A stretch of DNA of 62,444 nucleotides from an uncultured Nitrospiraceae bacterium (GCA_963705105.1 CAVPIW010000002.1:1-62444), one strand, 5' to 3'; counted from the stretch's first letter, positions 1 to 10,804 are shown. Notes: a model not told the origin generated them from the sequence alone. Made by a program: numbers and translations.

Positions 1-8
1 GAAAAGCG

Positions 9-914
9 ATGAAAAGGAGGAAGACGATGAAAAGGTTGAAGGGGTTCTTCGCAGATTACCGGGTAATGGCGGCTTTGATTCTTATGATCAGCATTTGCAT
101 TGCGGTCCCGCTGACTGCATACGGCGCAGACAGACTGATGGTGAAGGACGGCAATGGTAACACGAAATTCGTCGTCACCGACGCGGGCATGGTGGGTGTC
201 GGGGTTGCGGCGCCTTCGTACAAGGGAGACTTCTCTGCCGAGGCGGCCGTCACCGGTCCCGGCACATATGGACCCGCCACATCACAGCTCCATTTCTCCC
301 CTGCAGGCGGCGACACGGGCGGATGGCTGACCTCCGTGGCGGACAACAACTTCTTTGTCTCCTCCGGAGCGATGTGGAACGGCAGCGGATGGATGCAGAA
401 ATCACCTGACGGCAAGGCGGTCATGGCGGGATCGGGAGGGTCGGGCTACCGGGTCATGACACGGCAGGGCTGCGCCGTGAACGCCGTCTGCATTCCCGTC
501 ACGAGAATGACGATCGACTACGCCGGAAAGTTGACGCTCGGCGGAGGGGCCTATTCGGATGGGGCGAGCTGGTTCGACGCGTCGAGCCGGGAATACAAGG
601 ACAACATCCGTGAGCTGAGCGCGGCGGAAGCCGGGAAAGCGTTGGAGGAACTGAATCCTGTCACCTTCAGCTATAAGTCGAACCCTGAGGAGCAGCATGT
701 GGGGTTCGTCGCCGAGGATGTGCCGTCGCTTGTTGCGAGTTCGGACCGCAAGGGCCTGAGCGCGATGGACATCGTGGCGGTGCTGACGAAGGTGGTGAAG
801 GAGCAGAAGGAGACGATCGAGGCCCAGAAAAAGACCATCGCCGACCTCGCAGAAAAAATGGCAGAGATCGAGAAACTATTCCTCCTGAAAGTGGGCGTGG
901 CTGATGTGAGATAG
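9..914 (+). CDS. Secreted fibre-like protein with C-terminal intramolecular chaperone (peptidase S74) domain and coiled coil
   Basis: N-terminal signal peptide; Gly-rich beta segments; SSREYKDNI...LNPVTFSYK...HVGFVAEDVP...GLSAMDIVAVLTKVVKEQ matches the S74 chaperone pattern. Start may be 27. Confidence 0.75.
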   Translation: MKRRKTMKRLKGFFADYRVMAALILMISICIAVPLTAYGADRLMVKDGNGNTKFVVTDAGMVGVGVAAPSYKGDFSAEAAVTGPGTYGPATSQLHFSPAGGDTGGWLTSVADNNFFVSSGAMWNGSGWMQKSPDGKAVMAGSGGSGYRVMTRQGCAVNAVCIPVTRMTIDYAGKLTLGGGAYSDGASWFDASSREYKDNIRELSAAEAGKALEELNPVTFSYKSNPEEQHVGFVAEDVPSLVASSDRKGLSAMDIVAVLTKVVKEQKETIEAQKKTIADLAEKMAEIEKLFLLKVGVADVR

Positions 915-935
915 GGCTGCCGGGCGGAGAGGTTT

Positions 936-3900
936 ATGTGTCGCAACCATCTCTGTATCGGGCGAAACATTATGAAAAGTAACGATAACATATATTCGAT
1001 TCGCTCAGCCGCAGGCATCGTCATATCGTTCTTTACGCCCGGACACGGGGGAGGGAGTTCCCGGTCCGGTGCGGCCGCCATGCTCGCCGGCGTGCTGGTT
1101 TCCTTTCTGCTCTTCGGATGCCTTGCTGACGTCACATCGATCGTCGCGCCGTCGATGACCGCGACCGGCCGGGTCATGACCTTTACAGTCAACGGCATGT
1201 TGATTTCGGGCGGTGCAACCGGACATGCCGGCATCGTCCTGCAGATTCCATCGGGAACGCAGGTCCTTCGGGCCCATTATGAGGCGAGCGGGGGTACGGA
1301 AGGCATGATGAGCGGCGAACTCAGCGCAAACTCCTGGATTGCGACGGGGTACACCGCTGAACCGGGCTATCAACTGTACGCCGGAACCGGTGGGGGATTT
1401 TTGGAGTCTCCCGGCACATACACGGTCTCAGTAAAGGTCTGGCTCCTCGTGCCCGATACGGTATTGCCCGGAACGTATCGCATCAAGGCATCGGTCGGCA
1501 CTGTGGAGATCAACCCCGGCACAATGGAGAGCCACTGGACGCAGGTCAGCCCCAGCAACAATGGTGTTGCAGTTTTCAACTTCTCTCAAATATCGGGGAA
1601 GTACGTGTCAAATCCGGTGACGATTGAATCCGGCACGCCGGACACCCTGCCACCGGCCGATGTCCTCCCCGTGGTGACGCCGGGCTATCGCAATGACAGA
1701 ACAAAGGCCCGGTTCACCGTCGATTTCAGCGGTTATGACGAGCAGGCCCAGGGAGACGTGATCAAGTACCGCATTTACTTCTCGCGGAACGCCTTCTCCG
1801 GCGTCGACGGCGCACAGATGCTCACAAATCAAACACTGCCGAGCATCTCCTGTTCCGGAGGAATTTGCACGCTCTCAACGGAGATCTGGAGCGTTCTCTA
1901 TTACATCGAGGTCCCGCCGGGCAGCGAGGTCCCGACGATCATTGATGGTCTTGCCTTAGGCGTGCCGTACCATTTTGCGGTAACGGCCGAAGACCTAGAG
2001 GGACGCGTGAGCAGTCCCGTCCCGGTGACGGCGGAGATGGAGACCGGCATTTTCACCGGCACCGTTTTGAACAGTGCGGGTATAGGCATTCCAAACGTTG
2101 CAGTAACCGCTCATGATACGGCCAACGTGAACCCGATAGGTCCGGGGGTCTATACGAACGCAGCAGGGAATTACGCGCTTGCCGGGCTGCCGCTGGGTCC
2201 ATATAAGCTCAGCTTCAGGGGAACCGGCGGATATTTGACTCAATGGCATAACGGGAAGATCGATTTCTCATCGGCTGATGTTGTCAGTCTCGCCGGCGAC
2301 ACGACGATCGTCAATGCGGTCTTGGCATACGGAGGCATCGTCAGCGGAAGTGTCACGAGTCAGAGCGGCGACGGCATAGGGAACGTGAATGTCTCAGTCT
2401 ATGAGACGGTTACACGATCTCCCATAGGGAGCTGCCTGACCAATGCAAACGGAGGCTATGCCATCGGCGGGTTGGTGACCGGCTCATACAAGATCGGTTT
2501 TGATGCAGGAAGGACCGACTATCTGGGTGAGTGGTTTGACGACCGTCCTGATTTCGATTCCGCAATCTCTGTTAACGTGTCCGCTGCCGCGACAGCGACG
2601 GTGAATGCGGTCCTTGCCAGGGGCGGTGTAATCACGGGAAAGGTAACAGGAATCAATGGAGCGGGTCTGTCCAATGTTCAGGTGCAACTCTACGACGGGA
2701 CATCACAGTGGATAGTAGCAACGACGTATACCGATGCCGGGGGCATCTACTCGTTCACAAGGTTGCCGGCGGGCAGTTACAAAGTGTATGTCAGACCATC
2801 CGCCGATTATCTGGGTGAATGGTATAACGACGGGGCAGATTTTGCTTCGGCCCATACCCTGCACATACAGCTTGGCTCTACCGGCGCCGCCGATGTGTCC
2901 CTCACTCTCGGCGGGATCATCGCAGGCAAGGTGACCAACGGGAGCGACGTCGCTGTTGCCGGCGTCAGGGCTTCAGCATACGACCCTGTCAGGCGGCTTC
3001 TGATCGGGACATATGCATATTCCGACCCAGCCGGCAATTACGCAATTCGCGGCTTGCCCACAGGGGGGTACAAGGTCATATTCGAGGCCCCCTGGGGTAG
3101 CGAGTACCTGAGCGAGTGGTACAGTGACAAATCTGATTTGTCTTCAGCCGATCCCGTGCCGGTAACGGCTGCCGCCACCACGGCGCTCAATGTCTCGCTG
3201 ACAAGGGGCGGCGTCGTCTCGGGTGACGTGACCGATCCTTCCGGCAATGCGATACCCAATGTTCAGGTGGGTGCATACGATGCCGCGGACAGGTTCAATC
3301 GTCTTTCCTATGCATTCACTGATTCCACTGGTCATTATGAGTTGAAAGGCCTGCTGGACGGGGACTACAGGGTCTGGTTTTCCGCCAGTTGGTATGCTCC
3401 GGAGTGGTATAATGACAAGGCCGCCTTTGCGGTCTCCGATGCGGTCAGTGTCATGACCGGCGCCACGGTATCGGGGATCAACGCGGTTCTTGCCCCTTCG
3501 TGCCTCTGGGGTATATTCCCCGACTCTGCCGTGTTTGGCTCTGTGGGCGGAGAGTCGTCGTTCTCGGTGAGCGCTGTCCCGACCTGTAGTTGGAGCGCAA
3601 CCACGACGGCGCCGTGGATCAGCGTCACCTCAGGCGCGTCAGGGTCGGGAAGCGGGACCGTGGCCTACTCTGTCGCCCAGAATTTACAGCCGGCACAAAG
3701 GACGGGGATAATCACCGTCGACGGCTGGTCTTTGACGGTTTCTCAGAATGGAGGACCCTGCACCATGCCATCGGTTCGGCTTAAGTTATCGTCCAATTAT
3801 TATGCAACGCTGAACGCTGCTTACGATCTCGCTCAGAATGACGATACCATCGAAGCCCAGGCGATCACGTTTTCTGAGGATCCGCTTTTCGATCTTGACA

Positions 3901-4027
3901 AGGCGGTCATGCTCAAGGGAGGTTTCGACTGCGAATATACCATGAACACCGAAACTGGACAGTAATCAAAGGTTCTCTGACGATAACGGACGGGACGGTG
4001 GAGGTTGAGAGGGTGACCATCGAGTGA
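936..4027 (+). CDS. Large secreted/surface protein: Fn3-like segment, five carboxypeptidase-regulatory-like repeats, BACON-like domain, C-terminal sorting-like domain (frameshift near 3950)
   Basis: ORF 936..3965; five ~97-aa repeats (G.VT..SG.GI.NV.V..YD...T...G.Y...GL..G.YK..F...YL.EW); CSWSATTTAPWISVTSGASGSGSGTVAYSVAQN is BACON-like; a shifted frame continues WTVIKGSLTITDGTVEVERVTIE* to 4027. Start codon uncertain. Confidence 0.7.
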
Positions 4028-4048
4028 TTACATGGGGACCCCAGAGAT

Positions 4049-4306
4049 TCACGGCCGCTTCAGGATGTCATGCGTGCCGACCCTTCTGAGTAAGTATGTG
4101 TCAGCATCTATCTGAAGGGTTATGCGGTATCCTTTGGAAATCCTTATCTCCCAAACAGATGCGTGCCCTTCCATTTTCTTCATGTAAAGCGAGGGATGAC
4201 CAGGGTTTTGCAGGAGCCGCTCAATCTGTGTGTCCACCTGCTCCTGAATGTTCGCAGGGAGCTTCTTGTAATCTTTCTTGAACGGGGCGGTGAAAGAGAT
4301 CCTCAT
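4049..4306 (-). CDS. RelE/ParE-superfamily type II toxin
   Basis: 85 aa, basic; F.KDYKKLP...NPGHPSL...VWEIRISKGYRIT...LRRVGTHD; start overlaps the upstream antitoxin stop (ATGA). Confidence 0.8.
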   Translation of the reverse strand: MRISFTAPFKKDYKKLPANIQEQVDTQIERLLQNPGHPSLYMKKMEGHASVWEIRISKGYRITLQIDADTYLLRRVGTHDILKRP

Positions 4307-4578
4307 TTCTTGAGGGCCTTTATCACATCCGAAGGCTTCGTAAACGGCCCCTCAACCTCTCCCTTACGTATGGCCTCATCCGCCTCCTTTTCCATTTTCT
4401 GCCATTCCTGCGTCCAGAACCACACCTGGTCTTTGGGAACGAGCTTCTTGGGGATGAGGACGATGGCGTTGTCTCTTATCTGGGTTTCAAGAAAATCACC
4501 CACCTCGAGGCGCAGGGAATCGAAGACCTCTCTCGGTATCGTAATCTGGTGTTTGGGGCCGATTTTTACTGCAGGCAT
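4303..4578 (-). CDS. AbrB/MazE/SpoVT-family antitoxin
   Basis: VKIGPKHQITIPREVFDSLRLEVGDFL swapped-hairpin motif; acidic tail QVWFWTQEWQKMEKEADEAI; AGGAGG RBS. Confidence 0.85.
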   Translation of the reverse strand: MPAVKIGPKHQITIPREVFDSLRLEVGDFLETQIRDNAIVLIPKKLVPKDQVWFWTQEWQKMEKEADEAIRKGEVEGPFTKPSDVIKALKK

Positions 4579-4679
4579 AGGGTTACCTCCTTACTTTCTT
4601 ACTATCAGTATAGGGTGGGCAACAAAACAGTGTCAATGAAGCACAACAAAGTTCTTTTCGGCCCGTCGGTAAGCAGCCC

Positions 4680-5918
4680 CTATGGTCCCTTTTGCTCGGG
4701 TCTTTTAAGAAAGGCCGAGAGGACGATGGCGAGCACGCCCGCTGCGGCGGCCATGAAAAAGCTCCCCGAGAAACTCCCCGATCGCTCGGCGAGGACGCCT
4801 GCGACAGCGGGGCCGATGATCTGGCCGATGCCGAAGATGAAGGTGATGAAGCCGAAGGCCGCCGTCGCCCTTTGGGGCCCCATGTAGTCACCGACGGCGG
4901 CGGCCATGATCGACGGGATGCTCCAGGCGACGATGCCGAAAAAGACGATGGAGAGGGTGAGCGCAGCACCCGGGAGTGCCAGCGCGATCAGGAAGTACGA
5001 GAGGGTCTGGAAGAAAAAGACGAGCATGAGGCCGCCCTTTCGCCCGATCCTGTCCGAGAGGGTCCCGAAGACGGGCCCCGAGAAGAGGCTCAGGAACCCC
5101 ACCATTGACCAGAGCTCACCGGCCGCCGCTTCCGTGTATCCCCTGTCGCGGACGAGAGAGGTGACGAAAAAGGTGACGAAGATGACGTAGGTGTAGCCGA
5201 AGAGAAAGTAGATTGCGCCGAGGTGATAGACAATACGTGAGCGGTAGATGCTCGTCAATCCCTCGGCCTTGTCCGGCACGGCAGGCGCTGCGTCGCCGCT
5301 TCCGACGGGCCGTAGTCCCATCTCCTCCGGTTTGTTCCTCAGCATGAGGAGGCAGAGCAGGGAGATGACAATAATCGTGAAGCCGAGAATCAATGAACTG
5401 GCCCGCCATCCCTCGCTTCCCCTGGCGGCATTGACGGCCGGTATGACCGTGCCGGCCGCCATGATGGCAAACCCGCTGCCGATGACGACGAATCCCGTGG
5501 CCCTGCCCCTCTTTGCGCTTGTGAACCATGACGAGACGAGGGCCATGATCGGGACGTTTGATGCGCCGCTGCCCATGCCTGTCAGGGTATAGAGAATGGC
5601 GAGTGGGACAAACCCCTGCGCGGCGGCAGACATCATCATGGTCGCGCCGATCAGCAGGAGGGCGAGGAAAATGAGCTTTCTCGCCCCGATCCTGATCACC
5701 CAGAGCCCGCAGAACACGACGGCAAGGAGGTATCCCATGAAATTGGCGGTGCTGATGAACCCCATCTGTCCGTATGTCAGATTGAGCGATGAGGCCATGG
5801 AAGGGAAAAGCATGCCGAGGGCGAAGCGGCCGAGCCCTATGGAGCCGACGACGCCGAGTGTGCCGGCAAGGACGATGACCCAGCCGTAATGAAAAGGCAG
5901 GTTACCCGTTAATTTCAT
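4680..5918 (-). CDS. MFS transporter (YbfB/YjiJ-like)
   Basis: 412 aa, about 12 hydrophobic segments, GTLSDRIGRK MFS motif A, GLGRFALGMLFP N-terminus. Confidence 0.85.
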   Translation of the reverse strand: MKLTGNLPFHYGWVIVLAGTLGVVGSIGLGRFALGMLFPSMASSLNLTYGQMGFISTANFMGYLLAVVFCGLWVIRIGARKLIFLALLLIGATMMMSAAAQGFVPLAILYTLTGMGSGASNVPIMALVSSWFTSAKRGRATGFVVIGSGFAIMAAGTVIPAVNAARGSEGWRASSLILGFTIIVISLLCLLMLRNKPEEMGLRPVGSGDAAPAVPDKAEGLTSIYRSRIVYHLGAIYFLFGYTYVIFVTFFVTSLVRDRGYTEAAAGELWSMVGFLSLFSGPVFGTLSDRIGRKGGLMLVFFFQTLSYFLIALALPGAALTLSIVFFGIVAWSIPSIMAAAVGDYMGPQRATAAFGFITFIFGIGQIIGPAVAGVLAERSGSFSGSFFMAAAAGVLAIVLSAFLKRPEQKGP

Positions 5919-5947
5919 TAACTAAACCCTATCCTCGTGTCAGCTTT

Positions 5948-6315
5948 TCCTATCGTTGCATACGCCCGACCGAAAGGCGGGGCGTATGCGCCACTGAACA
6001 GTCGACAATAGACAGTATCAGCAATCGAAACCGGGCCACGAACAGCCGACGGGAAGGCTGATGTGGTGAAAAGCATTTCCGCTAAGATACCTTATTCATC
6101 CCCAGACCACCCTTTGCCGTGTCTATCGATACGGAAAGCCCGTCAGGCAACAGTGACTGAACACCTTGAGACGCCTTATCATCGCATTGGAAAGGCTTTG
6201 AACCATATCTGCCTTCCCGGCAAAACAGCACATAGTAATAAAGTGATCATCGTCGCCGCAGCAAGGTTTTCGGCGCATGCGTTCCGCCTTTCCGGAAGGC
6301 GTATGCAAGGTGAGG
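5948..6315. mobile_element. MITE-like intergenic repeat, copy A
   Basis: Imperfect ~44-bp terminal inverted repeats (cctatcgttgcatacgcc..gaaaggcggggcgtatgcgcc / ggcgcatgcgttccgcctttccggaaggcgtatgcaaggtgagg); interior shared with copies at 10.4, 25.3 and 48.8 kb. Confidence 0.75.
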
Positions 6316-6445
6316 TCTATACACGGTAGTGTGGACACCAATAATGCCATTTGAAAATTAACAATCAATGATAATAGAATGTACGAGAGAACATTGCAAC
6401 AACTCTCCCGCCAGGGATCGACAAGCGAGGACTGGATTGAAAGGA

Positions 6446-6952
6446 ATGACAAGGCTCTTCGCAGGATTGACGGGATCGCTCTGCCTCCTCTTTCTCCTTA
6501 TCTCTCATGCAGGGTCCGCCGAAAAGGAGATTCCCAAGAAGTTGTTCGTCGCGCCGCCGCCCTTTTCACCGGGCATATTCCCCTGCTCGCAGTGCCATCA
6601 GGGCATGCCGGTGAACAAGAAACAGAGGAAGCTGGAGCAGTATCATCAGGAAATCACGGTACAGCATATGCCCGGCGGCTGGTGTTATGAGTGCCACAAT
6701 CCCGACGACAGGGACAAGCTGAGGATGGCGAGCGGCACACTCGTGGATTTCGAGGAATCCTTTAAAATCTGCGGACAGTGCCATGGCATTATCCTGAGGG
6801 ACTGGAAGGCGGGCATCCACGGATTGAGAACGGGCATGTGGAACGGGCAAAAGCAGTACAGGCTCTGCGTGCATTGCCACTGGCCCCACGAGCCTAAGTT
6901 CAAGCAGATCAAACCGCTGCCTCCGCCGGCCCGGCCGTCTGCCATCAAGTGA
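6446..6952 (+). CDS. Periplasmic tetraheme cytochrome c
   Basis: Signal peptide plus four CxxCH motifs (CSQCH, CYECH, CGQCH, CVHCH); ATG 6446 chosen over the ORF-track start at 6368. Confidence 0.85.
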   Translation: MTRLFAGLTGSLCLLFLLISHAGSAEKEIPKKLFVAPPPFSPGIFPCSQCHQGMPVNKKQRKLEQYHQEITVQHMPGGWCYECHNPDDRDKLRMASGTLVDFEESFKICGQCHGIILRDWKAGIHGLRTGMWNGQKQYRLCVHCHWPHEPKFKQIKPLPPPARPSAIK

Positions 6953-6972
6953 GGGGGGGAAGAGGGTAAACC

Positions 6973-7896
6973 ATGAAAAGGAAAAAAGATATGCAGGAAC
7001 GGTCCGTCGGCAGAAGAACGTTCCTGAAAGGGGCGGCTCTCGGTCTCGCTTCGGCTGCCTTGCCGCTCGACAAGGCTGACGCCGGTTTCTGGGAGGCCTT
7101 CTTTCAGAAGCATTTCAGGGAGATGAACGATGCGGAGATCGGGGCCGTCATCAAGAGGCTCGAACAGGAATATGCCGGCAAGTACAAGAAGGAAATAAAG
7201 ATCGGGACGGAAAAACCGATGCCTGATGTGCTGTTCGCTTACGGACTCGACCTGTCCCGGTGCATCGGCTGCAGGCGGTGCGTCTATGCCTGCGTGGACG
7301 AGAACAACCAGTCGAAGGACCCGCAGGTGCACTGGATTTCCGTCCTTCGGTTCAAGAAGGGCGAAAAATTCCTCGATCTCGAAGCGTCGGAGAAATACTA
7401 CAACCCGGAAAAAGTCCCCGAGCCGGGTTATTTCTATATGCCGGTCCATTGCCAGCAGTGTGAGAACCCTCCCTGCGTCAAGGCCTGCCCGACCCAGGCG
7501 ACATGGAAGGAGCCCGACGGCATCATCGTCGTCGACTACAACTGGTGCATCGGGTGCCGCTACTGCATGGCCGCCTGTCCCTACGGCGCCCGCCGCTTCA
7601 ACTGGGCGGAGCCGAAGAGGAAGCCCGAGGAAACCAACACGAAGATGCACTACCTCGGCAACAGACCGCGCTACAAGGGTGTCGTCGAGAAATGCACCTT
7701 CTGCATCCAGAGGACGCGGAACGGCAGATATCCCGCCTGTGTCGAGGCCTGCCCCGTCGGTGCGCGGAAATTCGGCAACCTCCTCGATCCTGAGAGCGAG
7801 ATCCGTTATCTCATCAACAAGAAGCGGGTATTCAGGCTCAAGGAGGATCTCAACACCTATCCCAAGTTCTACTATTTCTTCGCGCATGGAGGGTAA
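6973..7896 (+). CDS. Tat-exported 4Fe-4S protein (NrfC/DsrO/QrcC family)
   Basis: GRRTFLK twin-arginine motif; CIGCRRCVYAC, CQQCENPPCVKACP, CIGCRYCMAACPY, KCTFC...PACVEACP. Confidence 0.9.
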   Translation: MKRKKDMQERSVGRRTFLKGAALGLASAALPLDKADAGFWEAFFQKHFREMNDAEIGAVIKRLEQEYAGKYKKEIKIGTEKPMPDVLFAYGLDLSRCIGCRRCVYACVDENNQSKDPQVHWISVLRFKKGEKFLDLEASEKYYNPEKVPEPGYFYMPVHCQQCENPPCVKACPTQATWKEPDGIIVVDYNWCIGCRYCMAACPYGARRFNWAEPKRKPEETNTKMHYLGNRPRYKGVVEKCTFCIQRTRNGRYPACVEACPVGARKFGNLLDPESEIRYLINKKRVFRLKEDLNTYPKFYYFFAHGG

Positions 7897-7905
7897 GGAG
7901 GCGCC

Positions 7906-9126
7906 ATGATCTACCTCGTGAAAAACTTTTTCATCGCCATGAAGCAGATCTTCATCGGCAGCAAGAAATACTACCTCTGGGTCGCCTTTCTCATGATCCT
8001 GATGGCCCTCGGCGTAAGCGCCTACCTCGATCAGATCGACCGGGGACTGATCGTCACGAACATGAGGGACCAGGTATCCTGGGGATTTTACATCTCCAAT
8101 TTCACCTACCTCGTCGGCGTGGCGGCGGCGGCCGTTCTCCTCGTCGTCCCCGCGTACATCTATGATTTCAAGCCCATCAAGGAGGTCGTCCTCTTCGGCG
8201 AACTGCTCGCCATATCGGCCATCACCATGTGCCTCTTTTTCGTCACCATCGATATGGGGCAGCCCCTCAGGTCATGGCACATCCTGCCTTTCATCGGCGC
8301 CATGAACTTTCCCAACTCGCTTCTCGCCTGGGACGTGATCGTCCTGAACGGCTACCTTTTTCTGAACACCTCCATCGCCTTCTACGTGCTCTATCGCTTT
8401 TCTCAGGGCAAGGAGTACAAGTGGTCCGTCATCGGGCCTCTCATCGTCCTTTCCATACCGTGGGCCGTGAGCATCCACACCGTGACGGCATTCCTGTACA
8501 ACGGGCTGTCGGCCCGTCCCTACTGGAACGCCTCGATCCTGGCGCCGCGCTTTCTCGCCTCGGCCTTCTGCTCGGGCCCGGCGCTGATGATCCTCGTCTT
8601 TCAGCTCATCAGGAAATTTTCCGAGGTGGAGATCGAAAACAAGGCCCTTTTCAAGATAGCAGAACTGATCGCGTATGCCATGGCGATCAACCTCTTCCTC
8701 CTCGGCGCGGAGCTGTTCAAGGAATTCTATTCCGGCAGTATCCACTCCTACCCCGTCCAGTACCTCTATTTCGGCCTCCACGGCCACAACGCCCTCGTCC
8801 CCTGGATATGGATCGCCACGATTTTCAATATCTGCGCCTTCTTCCTCTTTCTGTTCCCGAAGACGCGGGAGAATTTCGTCACCCTGAACCTGGCCTGCAT
8901 TCTCATGATCACCGGCATCTACATTGAAAAGGGCATGGGCCTTGTCATCCCGGGATTCATTCCCGATGTGCTCGGCGAAATCTATGAATACATGCCGACG
9001 ATGCACGAGATCATGATCACCGTGGGTGTCTGGGCCATGGGCGCCCTCCTGTATACCCTCCTCCTCAAGTTCGCCATCCCGGTGTACCTGGGAAAGGTGA
9101 GATTCGAGACGAAAAAGACGGCGTAA
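7906..9126 (+). CDS. NrfD/PsrC/DsrP-family membrane quinol-interacting subunit
   Basis: Multi-[41 protein letters not shown], all shared with dsrP in this window. Confidence 0.9.
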   Translation: MIYLVKNFFIAMKQIFIGSKKYYLWVAFLMILMALGVSAYLDQIDRGLIVTNMRDQVSWGFYISNFTYLVGVAAAAVLLVVPAYIYDFKPIKEVVLFGELLAISAITMCLFFVTIDMGQPLRSWHILPFIGAMNFPNSLLAWDVIVLNGYLFLNTSIAFYVLYRFSQGKEYKWSVIGPLIVLSIPWAVSIHTVTAFLYNGLSARPYWNASILAPRFLASAFCSGPALMILVFQLIRKFSEVEIENKALFKIAELIAYAMAINLFLLGAELFKEFYSGSIHSYPVQYLYFGLHGHNALVPWIWIATIFNICAFFLFLFPKTRENFVTLNLACILMITGIYIEKGMGLVIPGFIPDVLGEIYEYMPTMHEIMITVGVWAMGALLYTLLLKFAIPVYLGKVRFETKKTA

Positions 9127-9157
9127 GAAACAGTCGCGGAATCAAGAGAAAATGCGG

Positions 9158-9185
9158 GGGCCTCCGAAAAGAGGCCCTTTCGTTT
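9158..9185 (+). terminator. Probable intrinsic terminator after the NrfD-family gene
   Basis: gggcctc-cgaaaa-gaggccc stem followed by tttcgttt. Confidence 0.6.
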
Positions 9186-9186
9186 A

Positions 9187-9587
9187 TCCTATCGTTGTCC
9201 TATCGTTGCAATGCGTCCTCAGGAAAGGCGGGGTGAAAATGCCACTACACGGTAGTCAGTAGATGACAACAGATAGGAACCAGAGGATGAACGCACCGAC
9301 GGGGAGGCTGATGTGGTGAAGAGCGGCTGTGTCTGTTGATATCAAAAGGCAGTCATGCAACAGGCGCTGAACACCCCGAGATGCACACCCATAGGCCCGA
9401 CCGAATGGCGGGGTGAAGCGCCGAAAAGCATCGGTGCTGCGAAACCGCTGCCGTCCCGCTGAGAGTATGTAAGCAAAACTGTTGATGATACAAGGGATGA
9501 AATCTTCAACAACCAATAATAAAAAATCATGCTCGCTATCAGCGAGGCTTTGAGGCGATTTGCCCGGCCTTTTCTGCAATTATAAGG
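9187..9587. mobile_element. MITE-like repeat, copy B, flanked by TTTA duplication
   Basis: ttta|tcctatcgttg(x2)ca ... tgcaattataagg|ttta; the right-hand TTTA contains the stop codon of the minus-strand hydrolase. Confidence 0.8.
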
Positions 9588-9588
9588 T

Positions 9589-10140
9589 TTATTTGATGCG
9601 CCGGGATATCGCTTTGAACTCCTCGGTGCCGGCGACCTTGAGCAACTGGAAGAGGACCGTCTCGGTGCTGGTGATGACAGCCCCGGCGTCCCGCATGAAC
9701 CCGAGGCCGACTTTCCAGTTCTCCTTCGTCCGTGAGCACTGGGCGTCGGCGACGGAATGGACGTAGAACCCTTCCCTGAGCAGGCCGAGGCATGTCTGGA
9801 GGACGCAGATGTGGGTCTCCATGCCCGTGAGAATGGTCGTTTGCCGTTTCGTCTCCCTGAGTTTCCCGATGAAAGGCGGAATCTCGCAGCAACTGAAGGT
9901 GAGTTTTTCAATGGGCTCGTATGCCGTCAGAACGTCACGGATCTCCGGGACGGTGGGGCCGATGCCCTTGGGATACTGTTCCGTCAGGATGACGGGGATA
10001 TGCATCATTTTGCAGAGTTCGATGAGGTGAACCGTATTGCTCACGACGGGATCCCTCATCTTCATGGCCGCTGCGAGGCGATCCTGGATGTCGACGATCA
10101 GGAGGACGGCGTCGTCCTTGTCAAGAAAGAATCTGTCCAT
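9589..10140 (-). CDS. Isochorismatase-family hydrolase
   Basis: LLIVDIQDRL, TEQYPKGIGPT, EKLTFSC, GMETHICVLQT motifs. Confidence 0.9.
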   Translation of the reverse strand: MDRFFLDKDDAVLLIVDIQDRLAAAMKMRDPVVSNTVHLIELCKMMHIPVILTEQYPKGIGPTVPEIRDVLTAYEPIEKLTFSCCEIPPFIGKLRETKRQTTILTGMETHICVLQTCLGLLREGFYVHSVADAQCSRTKENWKVGLGFMRDAGAVITSTETVLFQLLKVAGTEEFKAISRRIK

Positions 10141-10176
10141 ACAAGCCTCCATTCAATAGGGATTCAAAATACAACA

Positions 10177-10339
10177 TTGACAGCCTCGTAAAAAGTCCCG
10201 TAAAGGGTTTATCCGTCATTCCCGTGCAGACGGGAATCCAGTCCTTCAGGTAGTTATTTGTACTCTGCATACCCGCTCCCCGCTTACTATCCGCGGGGAC
10301 AAGCTTCGCGGGTATGACGACTATTTACGAGATCGTCAA
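10177..10339. repeat. REP-doublet/dRS3-like palindromic repeat, a different family from the MITEs
   Basis: Outer inverted repeat ttgacagcctcgtaaaaagtc / gactatttacgagatcgtcaa enclosing gtcattcccgtgcagacgggaatcc and its degenerate inverse cgcgggtatgac. Confidence 0.65.
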
Positions 10340-10369
10340 CATTCAAGGTTCAACAGTATCACCACAGCC

Positions 10370-10790
10370 GCCCTCCGGAAAGGCAAGGGGCACCAAACCA
10401 CCCTTTGCTGTGTCTGTTGATATCAAAAGCCAGTCATGCAACAGGCGCTGAACACCCCGAGATGCACACCCATAGGCCCGACCGAATGGCGGGGTGAAGC
10501 GCCGAAAAGCATCGGTGCTGCGAAACCGCTGCCGTCCCGCTGAGAGTATGTAAGCACAACTGTTGATGAGACAAAGGATGAAATCTTCAACAACCAATAA
10601 TAAATGATCATGCTCGCTATCAGCGCGGCTTTGAGGCGCCTTGTCCCGCCATTTGGTGCATCTGCCAAACGGTCCTCATCATCGCATTGGAAAGGCTTTG
10701 AACCATAGTTGCCTTCCCGGAGGATGCGTCGCCTTCACCAGGGCTTTGAGGCGCTTTGAGATGCCTTTTTTTGCAACAGAACAGAAAGGT
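10370..10790. mobile_element. MITE-like repeat, copy C (ends degenerate, limits approximate)
   Basis: Near-identical to 9326-9560 and to the reverse complement of 48840-49175. Confidence 0.75.
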
Positions 10791-10804
10791 CAAGGCCCAT
10801 TATT

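Noticed and set aside
9..914. Prophage tail gene
   Set aside because: It has a signal peptide and no phage structural, replication or integrase genes are in the window.
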